A DNA stretch of 54,256 nt from a virus. Taxonomy: Duplodnaviria; Caudoviricetes. The translations under genes and the position numbers were made by a program. Below the pieces are notes generated by a model. The model was given only the letters and a program-made list of their open reading frames with translations, made no database searches and had not been told where the DNA came from. This document shows, piece by piece, positions 25,108 to 34,519 of this stretch (its first letter is position 1; each line of letters starts with the position of its first letter). The DNA lies in IMG/VR virus record IMGVR_UViG_3300033141_001736, positions 1-54,256 of that record, one strand, 5' to 3'.

Positions 25108-26395
25108 GCCGCCGCCTTTTCTCCGGTTTGAGGCTGGCCGCGTATTCGTTTCGTACCATGCTGGTCAGGATGTCGCATGGTATAGCAAGCGGCGCTTCGT
25201 CTTTGTGTTCGCAGGAACGCAGGGAGGCAAAACCGTCTTTGGCCCCTGGTGGCTGCACCGCGAGATACTGCGCACTTCTGAGCCCAAGGGTGAGAACGAC
25301 TATCTCGCTGTCACATCCTCTTACGACCTGTTCAAACTGAAGATGCTGCCTGAGATGAGGCGGGTGTTTGAAAATATCCTGGGCATAGGCCGCTGGTGGG
25401 CGGGCCAGCGTGTGATTGAGTTGCGCGACCCTGACACCGGCAAGTTCTGGGCCAAGAAGGGCGACGATTTGATGTGGGGGCGCATCATTCTGCGCTCAAC
25501 GCAATCCGATGGCGGTCTGGAAGCCGCAACTGCAAAAGCCGCGTGGCTAGACGAGTGCGGCATGGATGAGTTCAAAGTGGACCATTGGGAGGCCGTCCGC
25601 CGCCGTCTCAGTCTCGCACGGGGCCGTGTATTGGGCACGACAACACTCTACAATCGCGGCTGGCTCAAAGCCCAAATCTACGACCCATGGACACAAGGCG
25701 ATGATGAGATTGATGTTGTCCAGTTCCCATCCTATCTGAACCCGGCATTCCCCAAGGAAGAGTACGATCGCATTGTCGCCCGGCTGCCTGCGTGGAAAGT
25801 CAACATGTTTTACCGGGGCGAGTTTGATGTGCCCGCGGGCCTCATCTACGACAACTGGGATGATGATAAACAAGTGATTGAGCCCTTCGCCATTCCGGAA
25901 GATTGGCCGGTGTATGGCTTCATCGACTTCGGTGGCGTGAACACGGCTGCTCTCCGCTGCGCTATGAACCCCGAGAACAAGACCTACTATCTCACGGATG
26001 AGTATTGGGAGGGCGGCAGGACTGCGGCCCAACATGCTGCCTACTTACGCAAATGGAACGCAAAGGTTTGGTACGGGGGCGCTCCGTCCGAGGAGCAATG
26101 GCGGGCTGAGTTTCGGGCGGCGGGCATTCCGGTCCAGAAGCCTGCGGTGTCTGATGTCGAAGTCGGCATAGACAGGGTGTATGGCGCTCATAGCGAAGGT
26201 AGGATATTCTGTTTCAAGCACTTGGTCCATTACCGCGACCAGAAGGGTATGTACAGGCGAGAACTCGACCGCAATGGTGAGCCGACGGAGAAGATACACA
26301 ACAAGAACGAGTTTCACTTCATGGATGCGGAACGGTACGGCATAGCGACATTGGAGCGAAGGCCGAAGAAGGCGAAGGTGGTGCGACTTGGCTAA
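25070..26395 (+). CDS. terL: terminase large subunit
   Basis: Walker A GTQGGKT, Walker B AWLDE, GTTT, nuclease IDFG and HFMDAERY. Confidence 0.93.
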   Translation: MMEPTVEATARVKPPPFLRFEAGRVFVSYHAGQDVAWYSKRRFVFVFAGTQGGKTVFGPWWLHREILRTSEPKGENDYLAVTSSYDLFKLKMLPEMRRVFENILGIGRWWAGQRVIELRDPDTGKFWAKKGDDLMWGRIILRSTQSDGGLEAATAKAAWLDECGMDEFKVDHWEAVRRRLSLARGRVLGTTTLYNRGWLKAQIYDPWTQGDDEIDVVQFPSYLNPAFPKEEYDRIVARLPAWKVNMFYRGEFDVPAGLIYDNWDDDKQVIEPFAIPEDWPVYGFIDFGGVNTAALRCAMNPENKTYYLTDEYWEGGRTAAQHAAYLRKWNAKVWYGGAPSEEQWRAEFRAAGIPVQKPAVSDVEVGIDRVYGAHSEGRIFCFKHLVHYRDQKGMYRRELDRNGEPTEKIHNKNEFHFMDAERYGIATLERRPKKAKVVRLG

Positions 26396-28127
26396 GAAGG
26401 ACGAACTCACAACAGTTGCAGAACAAAGCGTCCAGGAGCGCGGCAAGCGCAAGGATGTAATGGCAGCGCACTCGCTGCTGCTCATGCTCGCGCGGGCGGG
26501 CACACTTGTTGCTCCGTGGTGGTCGCGGCGGCGTGACAGCGACCTGAGAAAGTTTTGGAAAGAGAACGACTATCTTTCCGGTGCGGTGTATACATTCACC
26601 AGCCGCATCAAAACTGTCCCATGGCGCATTGTCCCCAAAGACATGACCGTAAAGGCTCATGTCAGACATGCCGACGAATTTGAGGCGCGGCTGAATGAGT
26701 TGAGCGATTTTGGCAAGGGCTGGATGACACTCATTTCAAAGTTTGTCGAAGACTTGCTCACTCAGGACAACGGAGCCTTTCTCGAAGTCATCGGCAAAGG
26801 CAAGCCTGACGGGCCTATCGTGGGGCCTGCAATGGGCCTTGCCCATCTCGATTCGTGGCGATGCCAACGGACGAGCAATCATGAATTCCCCGTTGTCTTC
26901 ACCGACACCGACGGCAAGCGGTACAAGCTACATTACACCCGCGTCATCATGGAGAGCCAGATGCCCTCGCCGCTGGCTCAAATGCATGATGTTGGCTTTT
27001 GCGCATTGAGCCGCTGCATCAACAATGCTCAATCGCTTCTCGACATACTCATCCACAAGCAAGAGAAGTTGGGTTCTCGGCCTCAGCGCGGCCTACTATT
27101 GACCGGCGGCGGGCTGGACCCCGATGACGTGCGCGAAGCGTTCCGCGTGAGCAATCAGGTCATGGATGACCAGTTACTCCAGCGGTACTCCAAGACGGTT
27201 GTCGTGGGCCATCAAGAATTGCCCGATGCGACCCTGCAACTCATTGAACTCTCTGGGCTGCCCGATGGCTTCAATGAGGAGCAAAGCACAACCTTGGGAA
27301 TGGCCGCAATCGCGCTGGCGTTTGGCATGGACCCGCGGGAGTTGTGGCCCGCAATCACGGGAGGCGTCACAAGGGCAGAGGCGCTCATCGCTCATATCAA
27401 GCAGCGGGGCAAGGGCTTGGGCGAGACATTGCTTGCAATCGAGCGCCATCTGGGTTCGAAGTTCCTCCCGCCGTACCTGACCTTCAGCTTCGACTTCCAA
27501 GATGATGAGCAGGATAGGCAAAAGGCAGAGATAAAGAACATCCGCGCCCGCAGGCAAGTGATGATGCTTGAAGTGGGAGCGATGGATAGCCGCACCTTGC
27601 GAGAGGAACAACTGGCCGACGGCGACCTGACAGAAGCCCAGTTTGAAAGGATGGAGTTGCGTGATGGCCGCCTGAAGGATGGCACTCCGGTACTGACACT
27701 TTTCTTCAACCCTGACTACTCAGACCTGCTAGACTTGGGGATTGATAATCCCTTGGACAAGCAATCGAATGATGCCACCGAAGTGAAGTGGGCAATCAAT
27801 GCTGCGAAGGCCACAATCCTCGAAAAGATGGCCGGAGCGAACCCTGGCGAGAAGAAGCGGCTGAACGAGGCGATGGCGGCTCTTGATAAACTGCTCGAAA
27901 TGTACGGCGCGGAGAAAGAGACAAGGGCTGAGACAGAGCGGCCCACGCCCGCCACGCCCGAAGAAGGCGAAGAAACAGAACCGGAAGAACTTGAAGAGGG
28001 CATCAAGCAGCCTCCAGGCGAATTCACGGAAGAGGACCTGGAAGTGAAGGCAAATAGCATCTATGCAAAGACAATGAAAGCGATAAGCGATGCCGCCAGG
28101 AGAATCAGAATTACACGCTCTTCGTAA
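26388..28127 (+). CDS. portal protein
   Basis: Follows TerL; DLL..DNGAF.EV, IALAFG.DP.EL; size. Confidence 0.85.
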   Translation: MAKKDELTTVAEQSVQERGKRKDVMAAHSLLLMLARAGTLVAPWWSRRRDSDLRKFWKENDYLSGAVYTFTSRIKTVPWRIVPKDMTVKAHVRHADEFEARLNELSDFGKGWMTLISKFVEDLLTQDNGAFLEVIGKGKPDGPIVGPAMGLAHLDSWRCQRTSNHEFPVVFTDTDGKRYKLHYTRVIMESQMPSPLAQMHDVGFCALSRCINNAQSLLDILIHKQEKLGSRPQRGLLLTGGGLDPDDVREAFRVSNQVMDDQLLQRYSKTVVVGHQELPDATLQLIELSGLPDGFNEEQSTTLGMAAIALAFGMDPRELWPAITGGVTRAEALIAHIKQRGKGLGETLLAIERHLGSKFLPPYLTFSFDFQDDEQDRQKAEIKNIRARRQVMMLEVGAMDSRTLREEQLADGDLTEAQFERMELRDGRLKDGTPVLTLFFNPDYSDLLDLGIDNPLDKQSNDATEVKWAINAAKATILEKMAGANPGEKKRLNEAMAALDKLLEMYGAEKETRAETERPTPATPEEGEETEPEELEEGIKQPPGEFTEEDLEVKANSIYAKTMKAISDAARRIRITRSS

Positions 28128-28734
28128 ATTGGCGCTTATGGCCCTGCGGACCAAAAGCATCGCGGACTTTGGTCGCCGGGTGCGCGGGCTTACGCGCGGC
28201 TACTGGGCGGGCGAGATAGACCAGTTTACTTTCGTCGATAGTATGATAGAGGCCGTTCGCCGTGGCATTACGCAGGCATGGTACCAGGGCTTTCGGGAAT
28301 GTGGCTTCTCGGTCGAGGAGATGACCCACGACGAACGCTCGCAACTCGACCAGCACATCCTCGACAGCCATTCGACCATTCTCTCGTTCGCCCGCTTCAT
28401 TGCAGAAAACAGCAAGGCCAGCGGCGGCAAACTGCGAACCTGCCTGGCAAGAGCGGAGTTATGGACCAACCGCTACAACGCCGTTTACAATGAGGCCAAG
28501 GCAATCGCGTGCGCGGACCAGAAGCTGATGTGGCTCTACAATCCTGAGAAAGAGCATTGTGTTGACTGCCTGCGCTATCACGGGCGCGTGTATCGAGCCT
28601 CGGTTTGGAAAAAGTATGGAGCACTTCCACAATCCAGGAACCTTGCCTGCGGAGGTTGGCGATGCGGCTGCCGTCTCGTCCCAACCGACCAGCCCTGCAC
28701 GCCGGGAAGACCGCCCTCACCGATGTTTGCTTGA
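28090..28734 (+). CDS. MuF-like minor head / head morphogenesis protein
   Basis: After the portal; EHC.DC...GRV...L.CGG.RCGC.L; true start may be 28138. Confidence 0.7.
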   Translation: MPPGESELHALRKLALMALRTKSIADFGRRVRGLTRGYWAGEIDQFTFVDSMIEAVRRGITQAWYQGFRECGFSVEEMTHDERSQLDQHILDSHSTILSFARFIAENSKASGGKLRTCLARAELWTNRYNAVYNEAKAIACADQKLMWLYNPEKEHCVDCLRYHGRVYRASVWKKYGALPQSRNLACGGWRCGCRLVPTDQPCTPGRPPSPMFA

Positions 28735-28862
28735 AGGCCACAAATGGCAGCATGGGCCTTGCCGCAAACTTGTCTTTGAAGAGGTCATTTGGTATCAACA
28801 GTTCCGGATATGCACTCGGTGCTGGGCGCGGGCATGGAAGGTGATTGGCAGGGAGAAAAGAG

Positions 28863-29024
28863 ATGACGACCTACAACCTGCTGATGGATGATGGCGATGC
28901 CATACCCGACGCGAGCGAAGACCTGAATGATAATGTCTATGACGTTCTAAGGGATGACGGCGGCGCTATCCCGGACAACTCGGAGACGGTTGAGCAGTAC
29001 CAGTACGACCTGCTGAGAGAATGA
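28863..29024 (+). CDS. 53-aa acidic protein with internal tandem repeat (below ORF-track cutoff)
   Basis: Hand-translated MTTYNLLMDDGDAIPDASEDLNDNVYDVLRDDGGAIPDNSETVEQYQYDLLRE; GGGAG RBS; stop 1 nt before the next ATG. Confidence 0.65.
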   Translation: MTTYNLLMDDGDAIPDASEDLNDNVYDVLRDDGGAIPDNSETVEQYQYDLLRE

Positions 29025-29025
29025 G

Positions 29026-29562
29026 ATGCCGCGCGTCTTTCTGGTCAAAGCTATCACGCCCCGGAAAAGGATGGACCAGCAGGGTTTCATCGTGTCTATC
29101 ATGGCGGCGCTTGAAAAAGAAGGCCGCGTCGTCAAACGCATGTACGAGAAAACCACAAGGACATGGAGCAGGCCGAGGCCGGTGTTCAAGATTGAGGTCA
29201 AGTATGGCAAACCGCCGGGGCCGCAAGGCGGGCGCGAAAGCAGGCCAGCGTCCGTTGACGTATTCACAGAGAGCGATAAGTACCGGTGGGTAGATGAGGG
29301 GACCAAGAGGCATTGGATTGCGCCTAAGCGCGCAAAGATGCTAAGATGGAGGACGGGCGGCAAACCCAAAACAAAGCCCCGTGTCATAGGCTCGACCAAA
29401 GGCGCACGCGGCTCTGGTCCGTGGGCATCGTCAAAGGGCCATTGGCATCCGGGCACCAAGCCGCGGGAGTTCAGCAAAGAGATAATGAAGCGCCGTAAAT
29501 CAGCCTTCCACAAGAACATGGCTAAGGCTATCAGGGAGGCGACGAAAAGACATGCCTGGTAG
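29026..29562 (+). CDS. HK97 gp10-like neck/tail-completion protein
   Basis: Y..VDEGT.RH.I.PK.AK.L.W...HPGTKP..F. Confidence 0.7.
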   Translation: MPRVFLVKAITPRKRMDQQGFIVSIMAALEKEGRVVKRMYEKTTRTWSRPRPVFKIEVKYGKPPGPQGGRESRPASVDVFTESDKYRWVDEGTKRHWIAPKRAKMLRWRTGGKPKTKPRVIGSTKGARGSGPWASSKGHWHPGTKPREFSKEIMKRRKSAFHKNMAKAIREATKRHAW

Positions 29563-29782
29563 AGCGTGGCCCGAAGACATCAAACCTCAATGGTTCAACG
29601 TTATCCGTAGGCTGCAAAGCATCGCCAGGAATGATAATGAAGGCCTTGCTGTGCTGCGTATCGAGGTGCTGGTAGACAAGGAAGGCGTGCCGGTTATCTG
29701 GACCTCACCCAAGAAGACACTACTCGAACCCAAACGACTAGGGGAACACCTCCTCGAAATCCTAACCGCTGCGGAGGGATAG
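29552..29782 (+). CDS. hypothetical protein
   Basis: Overlap-coupled on both sides. Confidence 0.65.
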   Translation: MPGRAWPEDIKPQWFNVIRRLQSIARNDNEGLAVLRIEVLVDKEGVPVIWTSPKKTLLEPKRLGEHLLEILTAAEG

Positions 29783-32700
29783 ATGCCTTGGAAGAAGGTG
29801 CGCAATCATCCGCGCTGTAAGCCGGGGCAGATTGCTGTCGTCCAAGTCCATGATGGCCGTCTTATGGGCTGCCACGATGATGAGGAAGCGGCGAATGCGC
29901 AGCTTGCCTATCTCAACATTCATGTCAAGGGCGGACCGGGTTCAGGGAATTGGGGCCACGCCGGGAGACCTGGACAGAGAGGAGGTAGTGCGCCGCGAAG
30001 TAGCGGTGCGGCGATGCCAATAAGTCATTCAGAGTACAAGCTGTCTGAGATGACGAAAGAGCAGAGAGAAAGACTCGGGAAGAAGTTGTATGCTGTCAGG
30101 GATGAATGGCGAGATAGCATCCAGCACATCGGCGATCTTGAAGAATACGAGAAAAGGCAGAAGGCTTGCGATTTACTTGGAAGTATTGCGCAAGACATCG
30201 ATGAGAGTTTCTTTGATAAAGGCAGCATAGTCCTTCGAAGGGATAAAGGGCGTGTAGTCGGCTTCATATATTGGGATGAATATGATATAGGCGGAAAGGG
30301 TGCTTACTGGCATCTTAGCGCCTTGGCTACTATTGAAAAAGGGCATGGCACGGCGCTATGCCTAGATTTTCTCCTAAAGGCTTCCCGTGAAGGCAAGGCT
30401 ATCGGAGGCACTTCCTTGTCCACCGCCTGGACGTTCTATCAAGGTTTGATGAAATCGGTTGGCCGTGAAGATTTGATAAAACAGGTGGCGCAAAGGAGCA
30501 AAACTGGAGTTAGGATTTCGATAAGTGCTGAGACATTGCGCGAGATAATGGAACCGTTCCAGGGTTTGGAAATCAAAGGTTTGAAAGAGGATGCCGAGAA
30601 ATTCCTGCGCGAATTCCGCAAGAAGCACGACGATGCGGGTGTTTGGTTCATACCTGACAAGGAAGAAAAAGGAGGCCCCGGAAGCGGTAACTGGGGACAC
30701 GCAGGCAGACCCGGACAACGAGGTGGAAGCGCGCCGCGAAGTAGCGGTGCGGCCATGCCCATCACTCATCAGGAATACGAACTGCGCAAGATGACAGAGG
30801 AGCAAAGAAAGAAATTTGGCGAGGAGTTAACGGACCTGACATACGAGTGGGAAGAAAAGAAAAACCAGATTCAAGACCCGAACGAAAAGACGAAGCGCGG
30901 CCAGGCCCTCGACCTATTGAATGTCGTTGCATTTGGCATCAAGCACGGTTATCGAGAGTCGGGCAACATCATCCTGCGTCGCGATAAAGGCAGCGTTGTT
31001 GGCTTCTTGATGTATGAGGAAAAGGGTCCTAACACTTGGCATCTTGCCGACTTAGCTACAATCGAGAAGGGCAATGGCACGCCGTTGATAATGGACTTTC
31101 TCCTGAAGGCAGGGAGGGAGCGCAAGACTGTTTCAGGCAACGCTTTAGGCAGCGCCTGGACGTTCTACGAGGGCCTGTTCAAAGCAACTGGCCGAGCGGA
31201 CTTGGCGAAGGAGGTCGCAAAGCACGAACCGTATGGCGTCCGACTTCGCATTCCCGGTGACGTGATGGCGGAGATAATGGAGCCGTTCCAGGGCTTGGAG
31301 GTCAAGGAACGCAAGAAGGAGGCGGAGAAGTTCTTGCGCGAGTTCCGCAATAAGCACGATGACATCGGCGTTTGGTTTCATCACGACCCAGACCAGATGG
31401 AAGTGCCTACAACGAAAGGAGGCCCAGGTTCAGGAAACTGGGGCCACGCGGGACGTCCGGGCCAACGTGGAGGCAGCGCGCCCAAGAGCGTCGTCATTGG
31501 CGAGCCGCAGAAGCTCACGAAGACGGCAATCTCGAAATACATCCAATGGTCCACTAGCCGCTACAATGAGTACCCGAAGAAATACGTCGTTGACACAGCA
31601 TACAGAATGCTCACGACCGGCAAAGACGAATATGGTGAGAGCAGGGCCGTGTTCTCTTCTGGAGGTTATACACCGTCCTCAGCCATGACCGGCAATGATT
31701 ACCTCGTTGATGGAGAGGAGAAATACATCGCTCGCGGAGTTGGGTGGGAGATTGATGATTTCGTTGAGCATGAGCGTGTGTATTTCACCGAGAAGGAAAT
31801 GGCAGACAAAGGCGGCCCTGGCTCTGGAAACTGGGGGCACGCGGGACGTCCAGGGCAGAGGGGAGGCAGTAGTCCCGGCGGAGGTTTGGGCGCAGTACCA
31901 TTCCAGCGTGTGACATACGAAGTTGAGGGCCTCGGTGAAGTGGTCAAACTGCCAAAGGAGTATTCATCGGATGCCCCCGCCGGTGTGGACGTGGTGAAGT
32001 TCTTCAAAAAGAACCCTGACGGAGCGGTCGTCTGGCAGGAGGACCAGGATTTCTTTGGCGAGAGCCGTCAAGCCTACTACATTGCTCATCGCAACGTCCG
32101 GCCGGGAGAGAAACCGTGGCGCATTACTGAGTTGGAGCGCACAGAGGGACCGGGCGGCAGCGTGCTCATGCCAAGAACGCATACGCAACATGGCAGTCCT
32201 AGAGAATTACTCCAAGCGATGAACAAGTTGGCCTCACGGGCGCAGGATAGCCAGATAATCACGGGCTTCAAGCCCATCGGTTTGACGAGCCCAGTTGAAT
32301 TGAAGGCGGTGATTGCACTCAGCGACAGTCTTGTGCTAGGATACGATGAGGAGAATGAGATGGAAGAAAAAGGCGGTCCAGGTTCTGGCAACTGGGGACA
32401 CGGAGGCCGTCCCGGAATGAGAGGCGGGAGCGCGCCAAAAGGTGGCGGCTTTGGAGGTGGCTATGGGAATCTGGGCTTGGCTCCGAGCGCGCCATCCGTC
32501 GTCGGTGTCAAGGCTCCTAAAACAGGGCGCAAAGTCTACGACTATTCAACCAACAAGCTCTGGCAACATGCCGGCGGCACAGACGGTTTGAAAAAGAAGT
32601 TCCCGCCGTCAAAGACGGATGCCGACAAGGTTTTCGACCACCTAACCGAGGTGTATGACCATGAAGCCGATTACTTGGTCGGCGCAGGTTTCGAGGAGGT

Positions 32701-34519
32701 TATCGAACCTGACTGGACGCGGGTCAGCGACCGTGTCTACAATACATGGGAGGCGAAGTCTCTCAAAGGGGACGATGGCTCCGATCTCAAGGAAGAACTT
32801 GGTGAGCGCGGGATGATGCTGCCAGCAGAAAAGGATGGGATTGTGGAGAAGTTTGGAGAAGCAGTGCAACCTGTTGAAATCACCCAATCGTTGGGCGGCG
32901 CTCAATCGTGGGATGAGTACGATGAGTATATGAAGCTAAGCGAACTGCAAGCAGCCAACGAAGCGGCCATTCGGGACTTCCGCTACATGGTTCAGAATAT
33001 CCTCGATGACGAGGAGTTAGACATGGCCGAGAAAAGCAAGCGCGTTGCGGCTCTGGCAGATGGGTTGCCGGACCGCGTTGAGAAGATTGTGACACAGAGT
33101 AAGGAGGCAGACTTATCGGAGGAAAGCATCATCGCAAAACTGGTCGGAATGGTCACACGTAAAGCAAAGCCTACTCGGATGGTGGATGGCAAGCCGCACA
33201 CCGCGGATGATTTCGCCTATGTGCCCGACCCCGAAACGCCATCCACATGGAAGCTCCCCATCTTCGATGAAGACCACATCTCTATGGCTATCACGGCGCT
33301 GCAACCCAGCGGCTTCCGAGGCCAAAAGGTTGACATACCAGCCGATGATAAGTCCAAAGTCTTGAGCCGCATATCAGCCGCAATCAATAAGATTGCCGAC
33401 GACGATACAAAGAACAGGCTGAAGCGGCGGCTCGAGGCGATTAGGAAAGAAAAGTCCTTCTACGTCTTCAAGGACAACAGCGGCTCATGGCGCTGGTTCG
33501 GATGGGTGAGCAACAAGTTCCGAGACCGAGACTATGGCAGGCATCCAGAAGGCGAGGTGCTAGCCGAAGCTGCCCATAAGGAATACATCGCCTGGGTAGA
33601 TGCAAATCCCCAGGAACGGATGCCGAGGTTACTTGCTTGGCACATTCCTCAGACGGCGACGGCCCACAAGGCCGATTGGGTGGAATACTCGGACGGCTTC
33701 TTGATGGCGAGCGGACCGCTCACGCCCGAAGAAGCCGAACGCATCAAAGCCGTCGAAGAGGAATATCGCCTGGGCATGAGCCACGGCTTCATTGCCTTGG
33801 ACAAAGACGAGAAAGAGGGTATCATCGAGAAGTACCGGACCTTCGAGATGACGTATCTTCCAATCGACGCGGCAGCGAACCCTTGGACGGACTTCCTGAC
33901 CGTCAGTAAGGAGGTAGAGCAGATGGGATTGTCCGAAAAGAAGCGAGAGTTCCTCAGCAAACTCATGGGCGATGAGTTCGTAGAGGAAATCGAGCAGGAA
34001 ACGGAAGCCAAAACAGCGGCCTTGGTAGCCGCAGGGGTGGACTACAAAGAGGGCGAGGAACCCGAGCCCGAGGCAGCCACCGATGAGGAAACGACCACGG
34101 AAGAGGAGGCCGAAGAGCCCGCAGCCGAGCAAGAGAAGGCGGACGAGGAGGAGCCGGAAGCTCCAGACCCGGTTGCCGAATTGCGCTCAGAGCTTGGAGA
34201 GGCTATGAAGGCCATTGGCGAGCAGTTGCACGCGCTCAACGAACGCATTGACAATCTCCAAGTCGAGAACAAACAGGTCCAAGAAGCCATCGAAGAGGTG
34301 GTTGGGCAAACGCCGAAGGTGAGCCTGAAGGACCTGTTCATGGGGTCGGTTATCGGCAAGGAGGAGGCCAAGGTTGACGGGCGCGTGTCTCTAGCGAAGG
34401 ATGGGCCAGAGGAAACTAAGCCGGAAGAGGGCATCGGCGCTTTCCCGGTTCCCATCCTGGGCCAAATCAAACAGCGCAACATGGAGTTCCAAATGGGTGT
34501 AAAGCCGGAGGTTGAATAG
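29783..34519 (+). CDS. polyprotein: repeat-delimited cargo modules, prohead protease and acidic scaffold
   Basis: Five K-GGPGSGNWGH.GRPG.RGGS repeats; C-terminal LLAWH / GMSHGF / FEMTYLP..AANP protease-like motifs then acidic coiled coil; directly before the capsid gene. Confidence 0.8.
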   Translation: MPWKKVRNHPRCKPGQIAVVQVHDGRLMGCHDDEEAANAQLAYLNIHVKGGPGSGNWGHAGRPGQRGGSAPRSSGAAMPISHSEYKLSEMTKEQRERLGKKLYAVRDEWRDSIQHIGDLEEYEKRQKACDLLGSIAQDIDESFFDKGSIVLRRDKGRVVGFIYWDEYDIGGKGAYWHLSALATIEKGHGTALCLDFLLKASREGKAIGGTSLSTAWTFYQGLMKSVGREDLIKQVAQRSKTGVRISISAETLREIMEPFQGLEIKGLKEDAEKFLREFRKKHDDAGVWFIPDKEEKGGPGSGNWGHAGRPGQRGGSAPRSSGAAMPITHQEYELRKMTEEQRKKFGEELTDLTYEWEEKKNQIQDPNEKTKRGQALDLLNVVAFGIKHGYRESGNIILRRDKGSVVGFLMYEEKGPNTWHLADLATIEKGNGTPLIMDFLLKAGRERKTVSGNALGSAWTFYEGLFKATGRADLAKEVAKHEPYGVRLRIPGDVMAEIMEPFQGLEVKERKKEAEKFLREFRNKHDDIGVWFHHDPDQMEVPTTKGGPGSGNWGHAGRPGQRGGSAPKSVVIGEPQKLTKTAISKYIQWSTSRYNEYPKKYVVDTAYRMLTTGKDEYGESRAVFSSGGYTPSSAMTGNDYLVDGEEKYIARGVGWEIDDFVEHERVYFTEKEMADKGGPGSGNWGHAGRPGQRGGSSPGGGLGAVPFQRVTYEVEGLGEVVKLPKEYSSDAPAGVDVVKFFKKNPDGAVVWQEDQDFFGESRQAYYIAHRNVRPGEKPWRITELERTEGPGGSVLMPRTHTQHGSPRELLQAMNKLASRAQDSQIITGFKPIGLTSPVELKAVIALSDSLVLGYDEENEMEEKGGPGSGNWGHGGRPGMRGGSAPKGGGFGGGYGNLGLAPSAPSVVGVKAPKTGRKVYDYSTNKLWQHAGGTDGLKKKFPPSKTDADKVFDHLTEVYDHEADYLVGAGFEEVIEPDWTRVSDRVYNTWEAKSLKGDDGSDLKEELGERGMMLPAEKDGIVEKFGEAVQPVEITQSLGGAQSWDEYDEYMKLSELQAANEAAIRDFRYMVQNILDDEELDMAEKSKRVAALADGLPDRVEKIVTQSKEADLSEESIIAKLVGMVTRKAKPTRMVDGKPHTADDFAYVPDPETPSTWKLPIFDEDHISMAITALQPSGFRGQKVDIPADDKSKVLSRISAAINKIADDDTKNRLKRRLEAIRKEKSFYVFKDNSGSWRWFGWVSNKFRDRDYGRHPEGEVLAEAAHKEYIAWVDANPQERMPRLLAWHIPQTATAHKADWVEYSDGFLMASGPLTPEEAERIKAVEEEYRLGMSHGFIALDKDEKEGIIEKYRTFEMTYLPIDAAANPWTDFLTVSKEVEQMGLSEKKREFLSKLMGDEFVEEIEQETEAKTAALVAAGVDYKEGEEPEPEAATDEETTTEEEAEEPAAEQEKADEEEPEAPDPVAELRSELGEAMKAIGEQLHALNERIDNLQVENKQVQEAIEEVVGQTPKVSLKDLFMGSVIGKEEAKVDGRVSLAKDGPEETKPEEGIGAFPVPILGQIKQRNMEFQMGVKPEVE

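Noticed and set aside
29930-31417. Diversity-generating retroelement TR/VR pair or intein explanation for the duplicated modules
   Set aside because: Differences are not adenine-specific, no reverse transcriptase is in the window, and there are no intein terminal motifs
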